Positions 26,493-37,100 of a stretch of DNA of 64,000 nucleotides are shown here, piece after piece (the stretch's first letter is position 1; every line of letters starts with the position of its first letter). Origin of the DNA: an uncultured Verrucomicrobiae bacterium (GTDB taxonomy: Bacteria > Verrucomicrobiota > Verrucomicrobiia > Limisphaerales > J093); NCBI GenBank assembly GCA_937946835.1, contig CALFAV010000026.1, forward strand, positions 39,228 to 103,227, given 5' to 3'. The notes beneath the pieces were generated by a model. That model saw only the letters and a list, made by a program, of their open reading frames with translations, was not told the origin of the DNA and made no database searches. A program made the translations under genes and the position numbers.

Positions 26493-29400
26493 ATGAAATC
26501 CCCCCCGTTGTGTGACGGTGTCCAACCGACGGTTTCGTCCCGGCCTGGGTTTTGCAGCCGCGTGATCCGGATCGGATTGCTGACCTGCCTGGGCGCGCTG
26601 GCCCATGCCCTGGCCGCTTCCTGGGAAGTGGACCTGGCCGGCCGCGAAATTATCGCCCTGCGCGCCGACCCGCTTCGGGCGGCGGTGTACGGGCTGAACC
26701 GCGGGGCGGCGGGGACCAATTCGTCGTTGGTGGTTTTCGATTCCGAAACGGGTCAACCGGTGCGGGAACTAACCCTGGCCAGCGACCCCACGGACTTTTC
26801 CCTGACGCCGTTGGCCGACGCCCTGTTTGTGATTCACTTCCAGAGCCGGACCCTGAGCAAGATCAACCCCGACACCCTGACCATCGAGGCCACCCGACAG
26901 TTGCCGTCGCTACCGGATCACTGGGCCGGGGTGCATTACAACGTGGCCGCGGCCGACAGCAACCGCGTGTGCTTCACGGATGCCGCCTGGGCGCCGACGG
27001 CTTACCTCTACGATTTTGCCGCAGGGACAGTACTGGGGAGGGTCAACCCGGAAAATCAGGGCGTGGGGGCACTGACCTTCGCCAGCGATGGAAAGACCCT
27101 GTTTGTCTGCTCACAGTTCGGCTGGAGCGCCGGTGTCCTGAGCGCCTGGTTGTTTCGGGTGGATTTCTCCGATCCCGCCAACCCCGGGACCGCGCGCTCG
27201 GAGATTTGGCAGAACCGGGACCCTTACGACACTCCGGTGTTGCTGACCCGGAGCGAGGACCGGATTTTCAACAAACAGCGGGTATTTGACGCCTCCAATC
27301 CCCGGGAGACCCTGTTGAGCTTTCCCGAAGACATTTATGCCATTTCGCAGGAGGGTGACCTGGCGGTGGGAGCCTCCCGGGTGTTCAACGGCCGCACGGG
27401 CGAAGCCATCTACACCCTGCCCTTCACCACCATGGTCAGCGTGGTCTCCGGGGATCAGAAAAACCTGTTCCTCGTGAACCGGACCACGCGTCGTTTGAGC
27501 GTAATCCCGATCGCGGATTTTGCCTCCATACCGACCGTCGAACTGCAACCCACCCCCCGGGTGGGGGAAGCCGTTCCTCCGGACCAGGCCGAACTGGCCT
27601 GGTCAGCAACCCCCACGGCAATCCGGTATCAGATTTACCTGGGCACCAACGCGACCGAGGTGGCCGAAGCCGGTCCGGATTCGCCCCTGCACCTGGGCAA
27701 CACCACGGGCCGGAGTTGGCCCTTGTCGGGTTTGGCCCCGCGGACCATGTACTTTTGGCGCGTGGACACCGTCACGATCGTGCAAACCAACCGCGGGCCG
27801 GTCTGGCACTTCACCGTGGGTCCCCTGCGGGTCATTCCCCGAACGGTGACGGCCCTGGGTTACCGCGGATTTGCCGCCGAACCCCAGACCCTGCGCGTCG
27901 AGGCGGTCGCGGGCACCCCGGCCTGGCGGGCCCGGTCCACGGTTTCGTGGCTTTCCGTGACCCCCACCGCCGGAGAAGGCAGCGCTGAGTTGACCTTGAA
28001 CTTTGCCACGGCCGAACTGGCGTCCGGACTGCACCACGGGGCGGTCCGGATCGCGGTTGAAGAAGCGGAATACGAGGTGCCGGTGGTCTTGCGCATCCGG
28101 CCGATGCAGCTGACCCGGCTGGTGGCGGATCGCGAGCGGCCCCGGCTTTACGGGTTGGAACAACCGCCCGACAACGCCAGCGGCTGGACCCTGGTGGTGC
28201 TCGACAGCCGCACCGGCGCATTGCTCAAAACGCTGCCCATCGGCCGCAATGCCACGGACCTGACGGTGCACTACCCGGAGCAGCGGCTGTACGTGTCCAA
28301 CTGGCAGGAGACCTTCACGCGCGTGGTGGACCTGATCTCGCTTACCGAACTGCCGCCGTTGGAGATGGGCCTGCCCGATTACGGGTGGGATGATTACCGA
28401 ATCAATGCCGGCAAGGCGGGCCGCTTGATTGTGGAAGGCCGGGACCAGTGGGTGCATCTGACCCTTCGGGACACCCGCACCGGGGCCAAGGTCGCCCAGA
28501 TCACCTTCGCGGTGCGCGAGGGGGACGGGGAAACCGACCCCACCGGGGAGTTTTACTACCACTGTGACAACAACATTTCCAACGCCCACATCACCAAGTA
28601 CCGCGTGGGGCACGACCGACTGGAGGCGGTGGCCACCAGCACCCAGCACCCTTACGGCTCCCGCAACCTGATCCTCAGCCCCGACGGTTCCCGGTTGTTC
28701 TGGCGCGGCTTTGTGTACGACGCGGACCTCAACGAACTGGGCCCCGTGGGCGAGGAAATCTACGCCTGCACCCATGACGGCGCGTTCGCCATCAGCGAGA
28801 CCCGGGTTTTCGACACGCGCACCTTCCAACCCAACTACACGCTGCCGGTGAAAACCACGATCATGGCGGTGGCCGCGGACCAGGCAACGCTCTGGTTGTT
28901 CAATCCCACCAACTACGTCCTCTCGGCACTGCCCCTGCAGGCGGTCACCAACCGCCCACCCACGTCGGAAAACCTCATGCTCACCACGCCGGAAGACACC
29001 CCGGTGCCCGTTGCCCTGCGCGGGGCGGACCCGGAAAATGACCCGCTGGTGTTCGATCTGCTTACCCTGCCCGTTCACGGAACCCTGAGCGGGGAACCGC
29101 CGGCGCTGGTTTACACCCCGGCTTCCAACTTTTTCGGCACCGATTCGTTCACCTACGTGACCCGGGATGCCTGGCGCACCTCGGCGGTGGCCATCGTCAC
29201 CATCAACGTCACCCCGGTCAATGATCCGCCCCGGACCCGTGATGCCCTCGTCAAAGTCCTGACCGACCTGCCGCGACAAATCCGCCTCGAGGCCGAAGAC
29301 CCGGAGGGCGACCCGCTCACATACACCGTGCTCTCCGCCCCCCTACAGGGACGTTTGGAAGGAGCCGGGCCGTTGGTCACGTACTATCCGGCGTCCGGTT

Positions 29401-31394
29401 TTGCCGGCACCGACTCCTTCACCTACCGGGTGAGCGATGGGCAGGCGGATTCCGCGACCGCCACGGTCACTTTGGTGGTGGGGCCACCCGGTTGCTTCGC
29501 GGGGGTGAACCGCGGGCTGTGGGGTTGGTGGCGTGGGGAGGGCCGGGCCGTCGAGGAATATGGCGGGTCCCCGGTAACTTTGGACCAGGTTGCCTACGGA
29601 CCCGGGCTGGCGGGTCAGGCCTTCGGTTTCAACGGCTCGAACAGCGTATTGTCTCTGCCCGACCTGCCCGCACTGCCTCCCGCGGGCGGGGCCTTTACCC
29701 TGGCGTTCTGGCTGCGGGTGGACGAGGCGGGGCGAGAACACACCGTGGTCCACTGGCCGCCGGTGCGGCTGTGGACGGCCCCGAGTGACATGGGCGGCAA
29801 CCGGCTGGACCTGTGGCTCAAAACCGGAGCCACCGCGCCGGGGGTTCTGATTCTGAGCAACCTCCTCCAAGTCGGCTCCTGGCATCACTTGGCGCTGGCC
29901 GCCCAACCCACCGGCCAGGGGTACCAAGTGTATGTGAACGGCCTGCCAGGGACGCCGGTGTCCGCCGGACCACCCCCGCAGTCTTTTGGCAACGTTCCGG
30001 TTCTGGGCCGGGGTACCGGAGCAACCGATTCTCTGGCAGGGGCAGTGGACGAACTGGTCCTTTTCGAGCGGATGCTCAGCGCCGAAGAGGCAGACGCGCT
30101 CTACCTGGCCCGCGGGGAATCGCTGTGTCCGGAGCCGGCCCCCCCGCGCTTTGTGTTGCAGCCGGAAACCGCCACGGTCTTCCGCGGGGCAAATTTGGAG
30201 TGGCGCTCCTTGGCGCGGGGCACGCCACCGGTGAGTTACCAATGGCTCTGGAACGGCGCGCCCCTGTCAGGAGCCACGTCGGCCGATCTGGTCTTGTCCA
30301 ACATCCATCCTTCCCAGTCCGGGACCTATCAAGTGGTGGCTCAAAACACCTACGGCAGCGTGACCAGCCAGGTCGCGCTGGTCTCGGTCCTGGTGCCCCC
30401 ACCTCTGGTCAACGGCAGTTTCGAGGACGGCCTGAGCGGGTGGCTGGTCTCGAACATCGCCCAGCCGTACCTGCGGGTCACCAATCGTTTGACTGGCACC
30501 CGGCCTTCCACGTCCTTCTTTGTTCTTCAGGCCACCCACGGCCGCATGGTGGCGGTGCACGGCTTTGAGGGGGCCGGCCCCGGCGTCATCCGCCTGGCCC
30601 AGGATGTCACCCTGCCCGAGATCCACCCGATCCTCAGCTTTGATTACCGCGCCGCCTGGAGACTGCCGGCCGACAAACAACCCAAGGTGTTTTCGGTCAA
30701 TCTGGAGCCGCCCGGCGGGGGGCGGGTGCTCCAATCCTTCCCCATTCTGGTTGTTCCACCCGGCACCACCAACCTGGATACCGGGCCACTGTCGGCCGTG
30801 CTGGATTTGTCCGACTACGCCGGCCAATCCATTCGACTGGCCTTTGACGCCGAAGTACCGGAGCGACTGGCCGGTCCCGCCCTGCTCCAACTGGATAATG
30901 TCCAGATCGCTTCGGCCGCTCCGCCCCAGATCACCCTGCCGCCCACGGGCGGCGCTGCCGCCCTGGGCGGAAACATCACCCTGCGCGTGGAGGCCCAGGG
31001 GTTGGCTCCCTTGACCTATCGTTGGCAGCGCAACGGCGTGGATTTATTCGGCGGCAGCGGCAGTTTTCTCGCCTTGCCCAACCTCACCGAGGCGCACAGC
31101 GGCGTGTATCGCGTGCGGGTCTCCAACCCCTACGGCGAGGTGTGGAGTGAACCGGTCGTGGTGAGCGTCCTGCCGGCCGGAACTCTCGGCAAACCCGAGT
31201 GGTCCGCCACGGGCCGCTTTCGGATTCCCGTGGCGGCGGAGGCCGGTGTTCGCTACACACTGGAGGTTTCATCCGACCTGATTTCCTGGGCACCCGCCGC
31301 CGAGGCCACTGTTATGTCCGGCGCCTTTCTTTGGTTCGAGGACGCGGCCGCCGCCCAACACCCTCATCGCTTTTACCGGGTGCGCCGTCCCTGA
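26493..31394 (+). CDS. Giant secreted multidomain protein (propeller-like repeats, FN3/BACON-like, cadherin-like VNDPP repeats, LamG, Ig I-set)
   Basis: Start ATG 26493 (MKSPPL...) with a signal-like RIGLLTCLGALAHALAA. Two DSFTY...VNDPP modules. LamG-like segment ending VDELVLFERMLSAEEADALY. Two Ig I-set segments (SGTYQVVAQNTYGSVTS, SGVYRVRVSNPYGEVWS). Ends HRFYRVRRP. Confidence 0.8.
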   Translation: MKSPPLCDGVQPTVSSRPGFCSRVIRIGLLTCLGALAHALAASWEVDLAGREIIALRADPLRAAVYGLNRGAAGTNSSLVVFDSETGQPVRELTLASDPTDFSLTPLADALFVIHFQSRTLSKINPDTLTIEATRQLPSLPDHWAGVHYNVAAADSNRVCFTDAAWAPTAYLYDFAAGTVLGRVNPENQGVGALTFASDGKTLFVCSQFGWSAGVLSAWLFRVDFSDPANPGTARSEIWQNRDPYDTPVLLTRSEDRIFNKQRVFDASNPRETLLSFPEDIYAISQEGDLAVGASRVFNGRTGEAIYTLPFTTMVSVVSGDQKNLFLVNRTTRRLSVIPIADFASIPTVELQPTPRVGEAVPPDQAELAWSATPTAIRYQIYLGTNATEVAEAGPDSPLHLGNTTGRSWPLSGLAPRTMYFWRVDTVTIVQTNRGPVWHFTVGPLRVIPRTVTALGYRGFAAEPQTLRVEAVAGTPAWRARSTVSWLSVTPTAGEGSAELTLNFATAELASGLHHGAVRIAVEEAEYEVPVVLRIRPMQLTRLVADRERPRLYGLEQPPDNASGWTLVVLDSRTGALLKTLPIGRNATDLTVHYPEQRLYVSNWQETFTRVVDLISLTELPPLEMGLPDYGWDDYRINAGKAGRLIVEGRDQWVHLTLRDTRTGAKVAQITFAVREGDGETDPTGEFYYHCDNNISNAHITKYRVGHDRLEAVATSTQHPYGSRNLILSPDGSRLFWRGFVYDADLNELGPVGEEIYACTHDGAFAISETRVFDTRTFQPNYTLPVKTTIMAVAADQATLWLFNPTNYVLSALPLQAVTNRPPTSENLMLTTPEDTPVPVALRGADPENDPLVFDLLTLPVHGTLSGEPPALVYTPASNFFGTDSFTYVTRDAWRTSAVAIVTINVTPVNDPPRTRDALVKVLTDLPRQIRLEAEDPEGDPLTYTVLSAPLQGRLEGAGPLVTYYPASGFAGTDSFTYRVSDGQADSATATVTLVVGPPGCFAGVNRGLWGWWRGEGRAVEEYGGSPVTLDQVAYGPGLAGQAFGFNGSNSVLSLPDLPALPPAGGAFTLAFWLRVDEAGREHTVVHWPPVRLWTAPSDMGGNRLDLWLKTGATAPGVLILSNLLQVGSWHHLALAAQPTGQGYQVYVNGLPGTPVSAGPPPQSFGNVPVLGRGTGATDSLAGAVDELVLFERMLSAEEADALYLARGESLCPEPAPPRFVLQPETATVFRGANLEWRSLARGTPPVSYQWLWNGAPLSGATSADLVLSNIHPSQSGTYQVVAQNTYGSVTSQVALVSVLVPPPLVNGSFEDGLSGWLVSNIAQPYLRVTNRLTGTRPSTSFFVLQATHGRMVAVHGFEGAGPGVIRLAQDVTLPEIHPILSFDYRAAWRLPADKQPKVFSVNLEPPGGGRVLQSFPILVVPPGTTNLDTGPLSAVLDLSDYAGQSIRLAFDAEVPERLAGPALLQLDNVQIASAAPPQITLPPTGGAAALGGNITLRVEAQGLAPLTYRWQRNGVDLFGGSGSFLALPNLTEAHSGVYRVRVSNPYGEVWSEPVVVSVLPAGTLGKPEWSATGRFRIPVAAEAGVRYTLEVSSDLISWAPAAEATVMSGAFLWFEDAAAAQHPHRFYRVRRP

Positions 31395-31572
31395 TGCGCC
31401 GAAGATCTCGTCACCGTATCGAAGGCGGACTTTCGGACCCCCGGGGGTGGAAGACCGCGGTGGGACCGGTCGCCTCTGAAAAACCGGGATCGGTAGCAAC
31501 CACTTGCTGCGCGGCGGCGGGGCCACACAATAGCCCGCGCGCCCGGCTTCGCGAGCCGGGTGGCGAGCCCCT

Positions 31573-32493
31573 GTGCACACCCTGGTGGAAGATTTCTTGC
31601 AGTACCTGCGCCACGAGCGCGGGCAGGCGGAGCACACCCAGCGCACCTACAAGGCGCAGTTGGATCGCTTCGTCGCGTGGGCGCATGACCGGGGGCTGCG
31701 GGACTGGCACGCGGTGGAGCTGGCCCACCTGACCGCCTTTCTGCAGCACGAGCGCCAGCGGCCCCTGGCGCGCACCCCGGAAGATTCCCCCCGCCGGCTC
31801 AGCAACGAGAGCGTGTATCTGGCCATCGCCGCGCTGCGCGCCTTTTTCCGGTTTTGCGAACGGGAGCGGTTGTTGCCGACCAACCCTGCCGAACACCTGA
31901 GTCTCCCCCGCCGCTGGCAGCGCCTGCCCAAGGCGCTTTCAGACCAGGAAATCGCCCGGCTGCTCCAACCCCCGCCCACCCCCACTCCCGCCGACCTGTG
32001 TGATCAGGCGGTACTCGAGCTGGCCTATGCCTCCGGCCTGCGGCTGGCCGAGTTGCGCCGCCTGCGCCTGGAACAACTGCACCTGGAGGCGGGGTTTGTC
32101 ACCGTCGTGGGCAAGGGCAACAAGGAGCGGGTGGTTCCGGTGGGCCGCCCGGCCGTGGAGGCGCTGCGGCGTTACCTCGAGGCCGGCCGCCCGCACCTGG
32201 TCCGGCCGCGCTCGCCGGGGGTGGTGTTTTTGACCCGGCGGGGCACGCCCTTTGCCCCCGTCACGCTCTGGTTGCGAATCAAGAACCGCGTCCGCCGGGC
32301 GGGCATCACGCGCAACGTCACACCCCACATGCTCCGGCACAGTTTTGCCACGCACCTGCTCGAGCACGGGGCCGACCTGCGCGTGATCCAGGAACTGCTC
32401 GGTCACGCCAGCCTGTCCACGACCGAGGTGTACACCCACGTGGCCGGCTCGCGCCTGCGCGAGGTGCACCGGCGTTTCCATCCCCGGAGCTGA
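31573..32493 (+). CDS. Tyrosine site-specific recombinase, XerC/XerD family
   Basis: GTG start. N-terminal SAM-like domain LVEDFLQYLRHERGQAEHTQRTYKAQL. Catalytic region GLRLAEL...GKGNKERVVP...HMLRHSFATHLLEHGADLRVIQELLGHASLSTTEVYTHV contains the R..H-R-H..Y set. Confidence 0.8.
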   Translation: MHTLVEDFLQYLRHERGQAEHTQRTYKAQLDRFVAWAHDRGLRDWHAVELAHLTAFLQHERQRPLARTPEDSPRRLSNESVYLAIAALRAFFRFCERERLLPTNPAEHLSLPRRWQRLPKALSDQEIARLLQPPPTPTPADLCDQAVLELAYASGLRLAELRRLRLEQLHLEAGFVTVVGKGNKERVVPVGRPAVEALRRYLEAGRPHLVRPRSPGVVFLTRRGTPFAPVTLWLRIKNRVRRAGITRNVTPHMLRHSFATHLLEHGADLRVIQELLGHASLSTTEVYTHVAGSRLREVHRRFHPRS

Positions 32494-32503
32494 GCCGGGT
32501 CCG

Positions 32504-32526
32504 GCGCGGGCGATCCCGGCCCGCGC
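32504..32526. terminator. Hairpin between the convergent recombinase and MFS genes
   Basis: gcgcgggc-gatcccg-gcccgcgc forms an 8-bp GC stem, 11 nt after the 32493 stop and 22 nt after the 32548 stop on the other strand. U-tracts are weak. Confidence 0.3.
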
Positions 32527-32547
32527 GCGGGACGGCCTTTCAGCGGG

Positions 32548-33981
32548 TCAGCGGGGTTGTCCGTGAGCCACCCGTTCACTGACCAGATCGAACACCCCGT
32601 AGGCCAGCACCACCAGGAAACACCCCAGGGGCACCACGTAGGACAAAGCCGGCGTGCTCAGGTCAATGATCTTCGCCTGCACCAGGGGCAAGAGGGCGCC
32701 CCCGAGAATTGCCATGACCAGCCCGGCCCCGCCGAACTTGGTGTCCTCGCCCAGGCCGTGCAGGGCAATGCCGTAAATGGTGGGGAACATCAGCGACATG
32801 CAGGCCGAGATGGCGATCAGGCACAACGTGCCCACCAGGTTCACCGACACCATCACCACTCCGGACAACAGCACCGCCAGCGCCGCCATCACCGCCAGCA
32901 ACAGGCTGGGCCGGAAATGCCGCATCAACGCCGTGCACACAAACCGGAAGCTCAGAAACAGCAGCATCGCGCAGATGTGGTAAATCCCCGCCACGGTCAG
33001 CCCGGTCAGGTCCCGACCCGGCTCGACCAGCCGGATGGCGTGCACGAAGCGGTTGATCCCGGTGGATTCCAGCAGCGCGATCAGCGGCTGCCCCCGCCCC
33101 TCGTCCACGATCTTGGCGATGTAGTGGATGGTGTACGTCCACACGCAAATCTGCGCGGCCACGTAAAAAAACTGCGCCACCACGCCGAAGGCGTAATGCC
33201 GGTTGCGCACCAGCCGGCCCACCGTCGCCCGGAAATCAATCCGCGGCCCGGCGTCCGAAGCCCGGGGCATCCGCACCAGGGCGATGGCCAGCCACAACCC
33301 CACCAGCGCGCACGCCGTGCCCACGTACGGCCCCATCACCGCCGCCAGCTCCTCGGTCTGAATTTGGCGCAGCACTTCCGGCGCCATGACCTTGCGCTCG
33401 GCCTCCGTGGCCGGGTTCATCCGGGGCAGGATCAAAAACCCCGCCAGCATCATGCCGATCACCGAGCCGACCGGATTGAACGACTGCGCCAGGTTCAGGC
33501 GCCGGGTGCCGGTTTCTTCCGGTCCCAGGGCGACGATGTAGGGGTTGCAACTGGTCTCCAAGATGGACAACCCGCCGGCCAGGACAAAAATCGCCGCCAG
33601 AAACGGCCCGAAGCGCAGCGCCTGGCTGGCCGGATAAAACAGCAGCGCCCCCACCGCGAACATGCCCAGTCCCACCAGCACGCCGGTTTTGTAGCTGAAA
33701 CGTTTGATGAGGAACGCCGCCGGCAACGCCAGCACGAAGTACGCGCCGTAAAACGAGAACTGGACCAACGCCGACTCGGTGTTGCTCAGATCGGTGAAAA
33801 TGCCCTTGAACGCCCGCACCAGCGGGTCGGTCATGTTGTTGGCCAGTCCCCACGCCGCAAAGCAGGTGGTCAACAACCCAAACGCCAACCGGTACTCGCG
33901 GGGAACCAGCGGCGGCGGGGCGGTGGCGGAAACCGGTGCCGGAGGCGCCACCGGGGCGGAGGAAACGGGTGAAGGATTCAT
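32548..33981 (-). CDS. MFS sugar transporter, FucP / glucose-galactose (FHS) family
   Basis: About 12 hydrophobic segments. N-terminal FAAWGLANNMTDPLVRAFKGIF matches the FucP-family signature region. Confidence 0.8.
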   Translation of the reverse strand: MNPSPVSSAPVAPPAPVSATAPPPLVPREYRLAFGLLTTCFAAWGLANNMTDPLVRAFKGIFTDLSNTESALVQFSFYGAYFVLALPAAFLIKRFSYKTGVLVGLGMFAVGALLFYPASQALRFGPFLAAIFVLAGGLSILETSCNPYIVALGPEETGTRRLNLAQSFNPVGSVIGMMLAGFLILPRMNPATEAERKVMAPEVLRQIQTEELAAVMGPYVGTACALVGLWLAIALVRMPRASDAGPRIDFRATVGRLVRNRHYAFGVVAQFFYVAAQICVWTYTIHYIAKIVDEGRGQPLIALLESTGINRFVHAIRLVEPGRDLTGLTVAGIYHICAMLLFLSFRFVCTALMRHFRPSLLLAVMAALAVLLSGVVMVSVNLVGTLCLIAISACMSLMFPTIYGIALHGLGEDTKFGGAGLVMAILGGALLPLVQAKIIDLSTPALSYVVPLGCFLVVLAYGVFDLVSERVAHGQPR

Positions 33982-34153
33982 CGGTCAGGTTGATGGTGGA
34001 CCTGCGTTGGGTCGGCCCGGCGGCCGGGCCCGCGGAAAAAAAACGCGGCAGGGCACGGGCAGCCGGGTGCTTGGTCATCGGGCGCGATTGATACGGAACC
34101 GCCGGCACCCCCGTCAAGTGCCCCGGCGGCGGGCCTCACCCCGGCGGCGTTAA

Positions 34154-37100
34154 TCACTCCCGCGCCAGGCGGTAAAAACGCCGTTCGCCCTGCGGCGAAA
34201 GCGGCAGGCGGTAGCGGTTGCCGTCGCTCAGTGGGAAAGCCAATGACCGGGTCCAAACCGGGGCCTCCAGGGAAGACGTTTCTTCGAGCACGAACCCGGA
34301 AGCATCGGCCGGCCAGCTCAGGTCCAGGCCGGTGTCGGTCTTTTCCACGCGCAGGGTGGGTAACGTGTCCAGGACGACGAAAGGCAAACTCGCTGTGTCG
34401 GCCGTTTCCGGCCCGCGCAGCAACTCGAACTGCACCCTCCCGGCGCCCGCGGTCTCGGCCCGCAGCCGCAACCGCACCTCGACTGTTTCGCCCACCGCCA
34501 GCTCCCCCGCTTGCACGGTGAAGCGCTCCGCCTCCCACTGCACCGCGCCCCGGCTGGCGGCGGCCTCCTCGAGGACAAAAACCGGCGCCACGGACCCGCG
34601 CACCCCCACATGATCCACCGGCTCGGGACCGGCATTGACCACCCGCAACCGCGTTTGCGTCTCCCGGCCCAACGCGCCCACCCACTCCGCCGGGTCGGCC
34701 ACCAGGTGCAGTCCCGGCTCGAACCGAAGCGCGATGCTGGCGTTGGTGAGCGTGGCGTAGGGCAAAGCGACCACGGCGTGGTAGGTGCCCAGATGCGCAA
34801 AGTCCACATTCGCCAGCTCCAGGAGCGGCCCGGTTGCCCCCTCCAGCCGCGCGCCGTTGAAATACCATTGCACCGGCACGGGCTGGCCGACCGGAGCGGG
34901 CGCGGCCAGCGTGACGGCGCTGCCGGGTTTGATGGCGCCGTCCCGGAACAGCACCGGCGTCACGCCCAGCAGCGCCAGGCTGTAATTCTGCGCGGCCGCG
35001 ATCCCCCGCACCCCGCGCAGCCCGGGCGGGACGCGGGTTTGGCCGAGCGCGTTGTCGCCCCAGGCGACCACGGTTCCATCCGCCTTCAGGGCCAGGCTGT
35101 GATCGGCCCCGGCGGCGAGGGCCACCACGTCGGCCAGGTCCGGAGGCACGCGGCTCTGGCCCCGGGAGTTGTTCCCCCAGGCCACGACGCGGCCGTCCCG
35201 GCGCAGGGCCAGCACGTGCCTCGGGCCGGCGGCCAGAGCCACCACGTCCGTCAATCCTTCCGGGACTTCGGTGAACTCGCCCCAGCGCAGCACCGTACCA
35301 TCCGCGCGCAGGGCCAGGCTCTGACGGCCACCGGCGGCGAGGGCCACGAGGTTGGTCGCCTCCGGCGGGGCATTCAACTGGCCGCGCGAATTGTCGCCCC
35401 AGCCAAAGACCCGGCCATCGGGCAGCAGGGCGAGGTGATGTTCGCTGCCCGAGGCGATGGCCAACGCATTGCTCAAGCCGACCGGCACGGCCGGACCGAC
35501 CCAGCGCGTGCCGTCCCAGAAGGATTGGCCCCAGCCGACCACCCGGCCATCCGCGTGCAACGCCAGGCTTTGGGCGTTGCCCGCCGCGATGGCCCACACG
35601 TTGTTCGGATGGCTCAACGGCTGGGCCGAATACCAACCCCACCCGGACATGGTTCCGTCCGCCCGCAGGGCCAAGGCGTGCACGTTCCCGGCCGCCAGCG
35701 CCACGGCATTGTTCAGCGAGGTCGGTGCCAGCGTCTGGCCGTATGTGTTCTCTCCCCAGCCGGCCACGGACCGCACCTGAAACACCAACGTGCCAAAACC
35801 GTAACCGAAGCGGTTCCGTGCCACCAACTCGGTGCGGTAGGTGCCGGGGTGGACGGGCGTCCCGGTGATGCGTCCCGTCGCCGCGTCCAGATGCAGGCCC
35901 GGCGGCAGACCCTGCGCGCCAAACCAGTCCGGCACGTAGTCGGCCTTCAGCTCGAGGCTCACCGGTACCCCGAGCAACGCTTCGACCTGGCCGCGGCTCT
36001 GAAGGGCCGGCAGGGGGGTGTTGACGAACAGGGTCAATTCCCGGCGGGCGACTCCGGCCGCGTTGGTCGCGGTCAGGGTGACCCGGTAGGTGCCGCCCGC
36101 GCGGGGCGAGCCGTAAATCACCCCGGTCAGCGGGTCCAGGTGCAGGTCCGCGGGCAGACCCTCGGCGCCCACGCCGTGGATGCCCCCCAACACCGGCACC
36201 CGGGCATGGAAGGGTTGGTCGGCCGTGGCCACCAGAGCAGGCAGGGCGCCGAAGCGCGGCGGGGCAAAGTCGCCCCGATGCTCCACCAGCGCGAGGCTGT
36301 GGTTCCCGGCGGCCGCGATGGCGACCACGTTGCGCAGGTGGGCGGGGACGTCACACTGACCCTGGGAGTTGTCGCCCCAGGCCACCACCGTGCCGTCCGC
36401 GCGCAGGGCCAGGCAGTGCTGCGCGCCTGCGGCGACCGCGACGATGTTGGTCAGCCCGGGGGGCTGGGGGTAAAAATCCACGTACCGTTGCTGGATGGAA
36501 TCCCAGCGCTGTCCCCAGCTCACCACCGTGCCATCCGCGCGGAGGGCCAGGCTGTGAGTGCCACCGGCGGCCAAGGCCACGACATTGCTCAGGTCCGGCG
36601 GGGGTTGCGGCAGGAAATCCGGCCACTGCACCACCAGGCCCCCGGCGCGCAGGGCCAGGAGATGGCCGTCGTACACCGAGAAGGCGAGCACATTGCTCAG
36701 GCCGGGAAGGATCGGATTGGGGCGGTTAGGGGCCAGCGAGCCGTCGGCGAGCAGGGCAACGCTGAAGCCCTCGCCCGCCCCAATGGCCACAATGTTGCCC
36801 CGCACGGACAGCGAGACCGGCGCCGGGCCCCAGCTCACCACGGTGCCGTCGTCGCGCAGGGCCAGGTTGTGCGCGAAGCCCGCCGCCACCGCCACCACGT
36901 TGCTCACTTTGGCCGGGGTGGGCACGGTCACACCCCAGGTCACCACCGAGCCGTCCTCGCGCAAGGCCAGGCTGTGGGCCGGGCCGGTGGCGAGGGTGAT
37001 CACGTTGCCCAGGCCGGCGGGCACCTCGAGCTGGCCGCGGTCGTTGTTACCCCAGCCGATAATCGGGCTGACCCGGAGGGTCAGCGTGCCGGTGCCCGGC

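Noticed and set aside
31573-32493. Tyrosine recombinase as marker of an integrated mobile element
   Set aside because: Its length and motifs fit a housekeeping XerC/XerD-type enzyme. No flanking direct repeats, tRNA target, excisionase, phage or conjugation genes are visible, and the neighbours are ordinary chromosomal genes.
34029-34049. A8 tract flanked by ccgcg/cgcgg, considered as a terminator between the RCC1 gene and the MFS transporter gene
   Set aside because: Only a 5-bp stem is possible, with the A-run in the loop instead of trailing the hairpin. On the transcribed (minus) strand no stable stem precedes the T8. At most it is an AT-rich promoter-region element.
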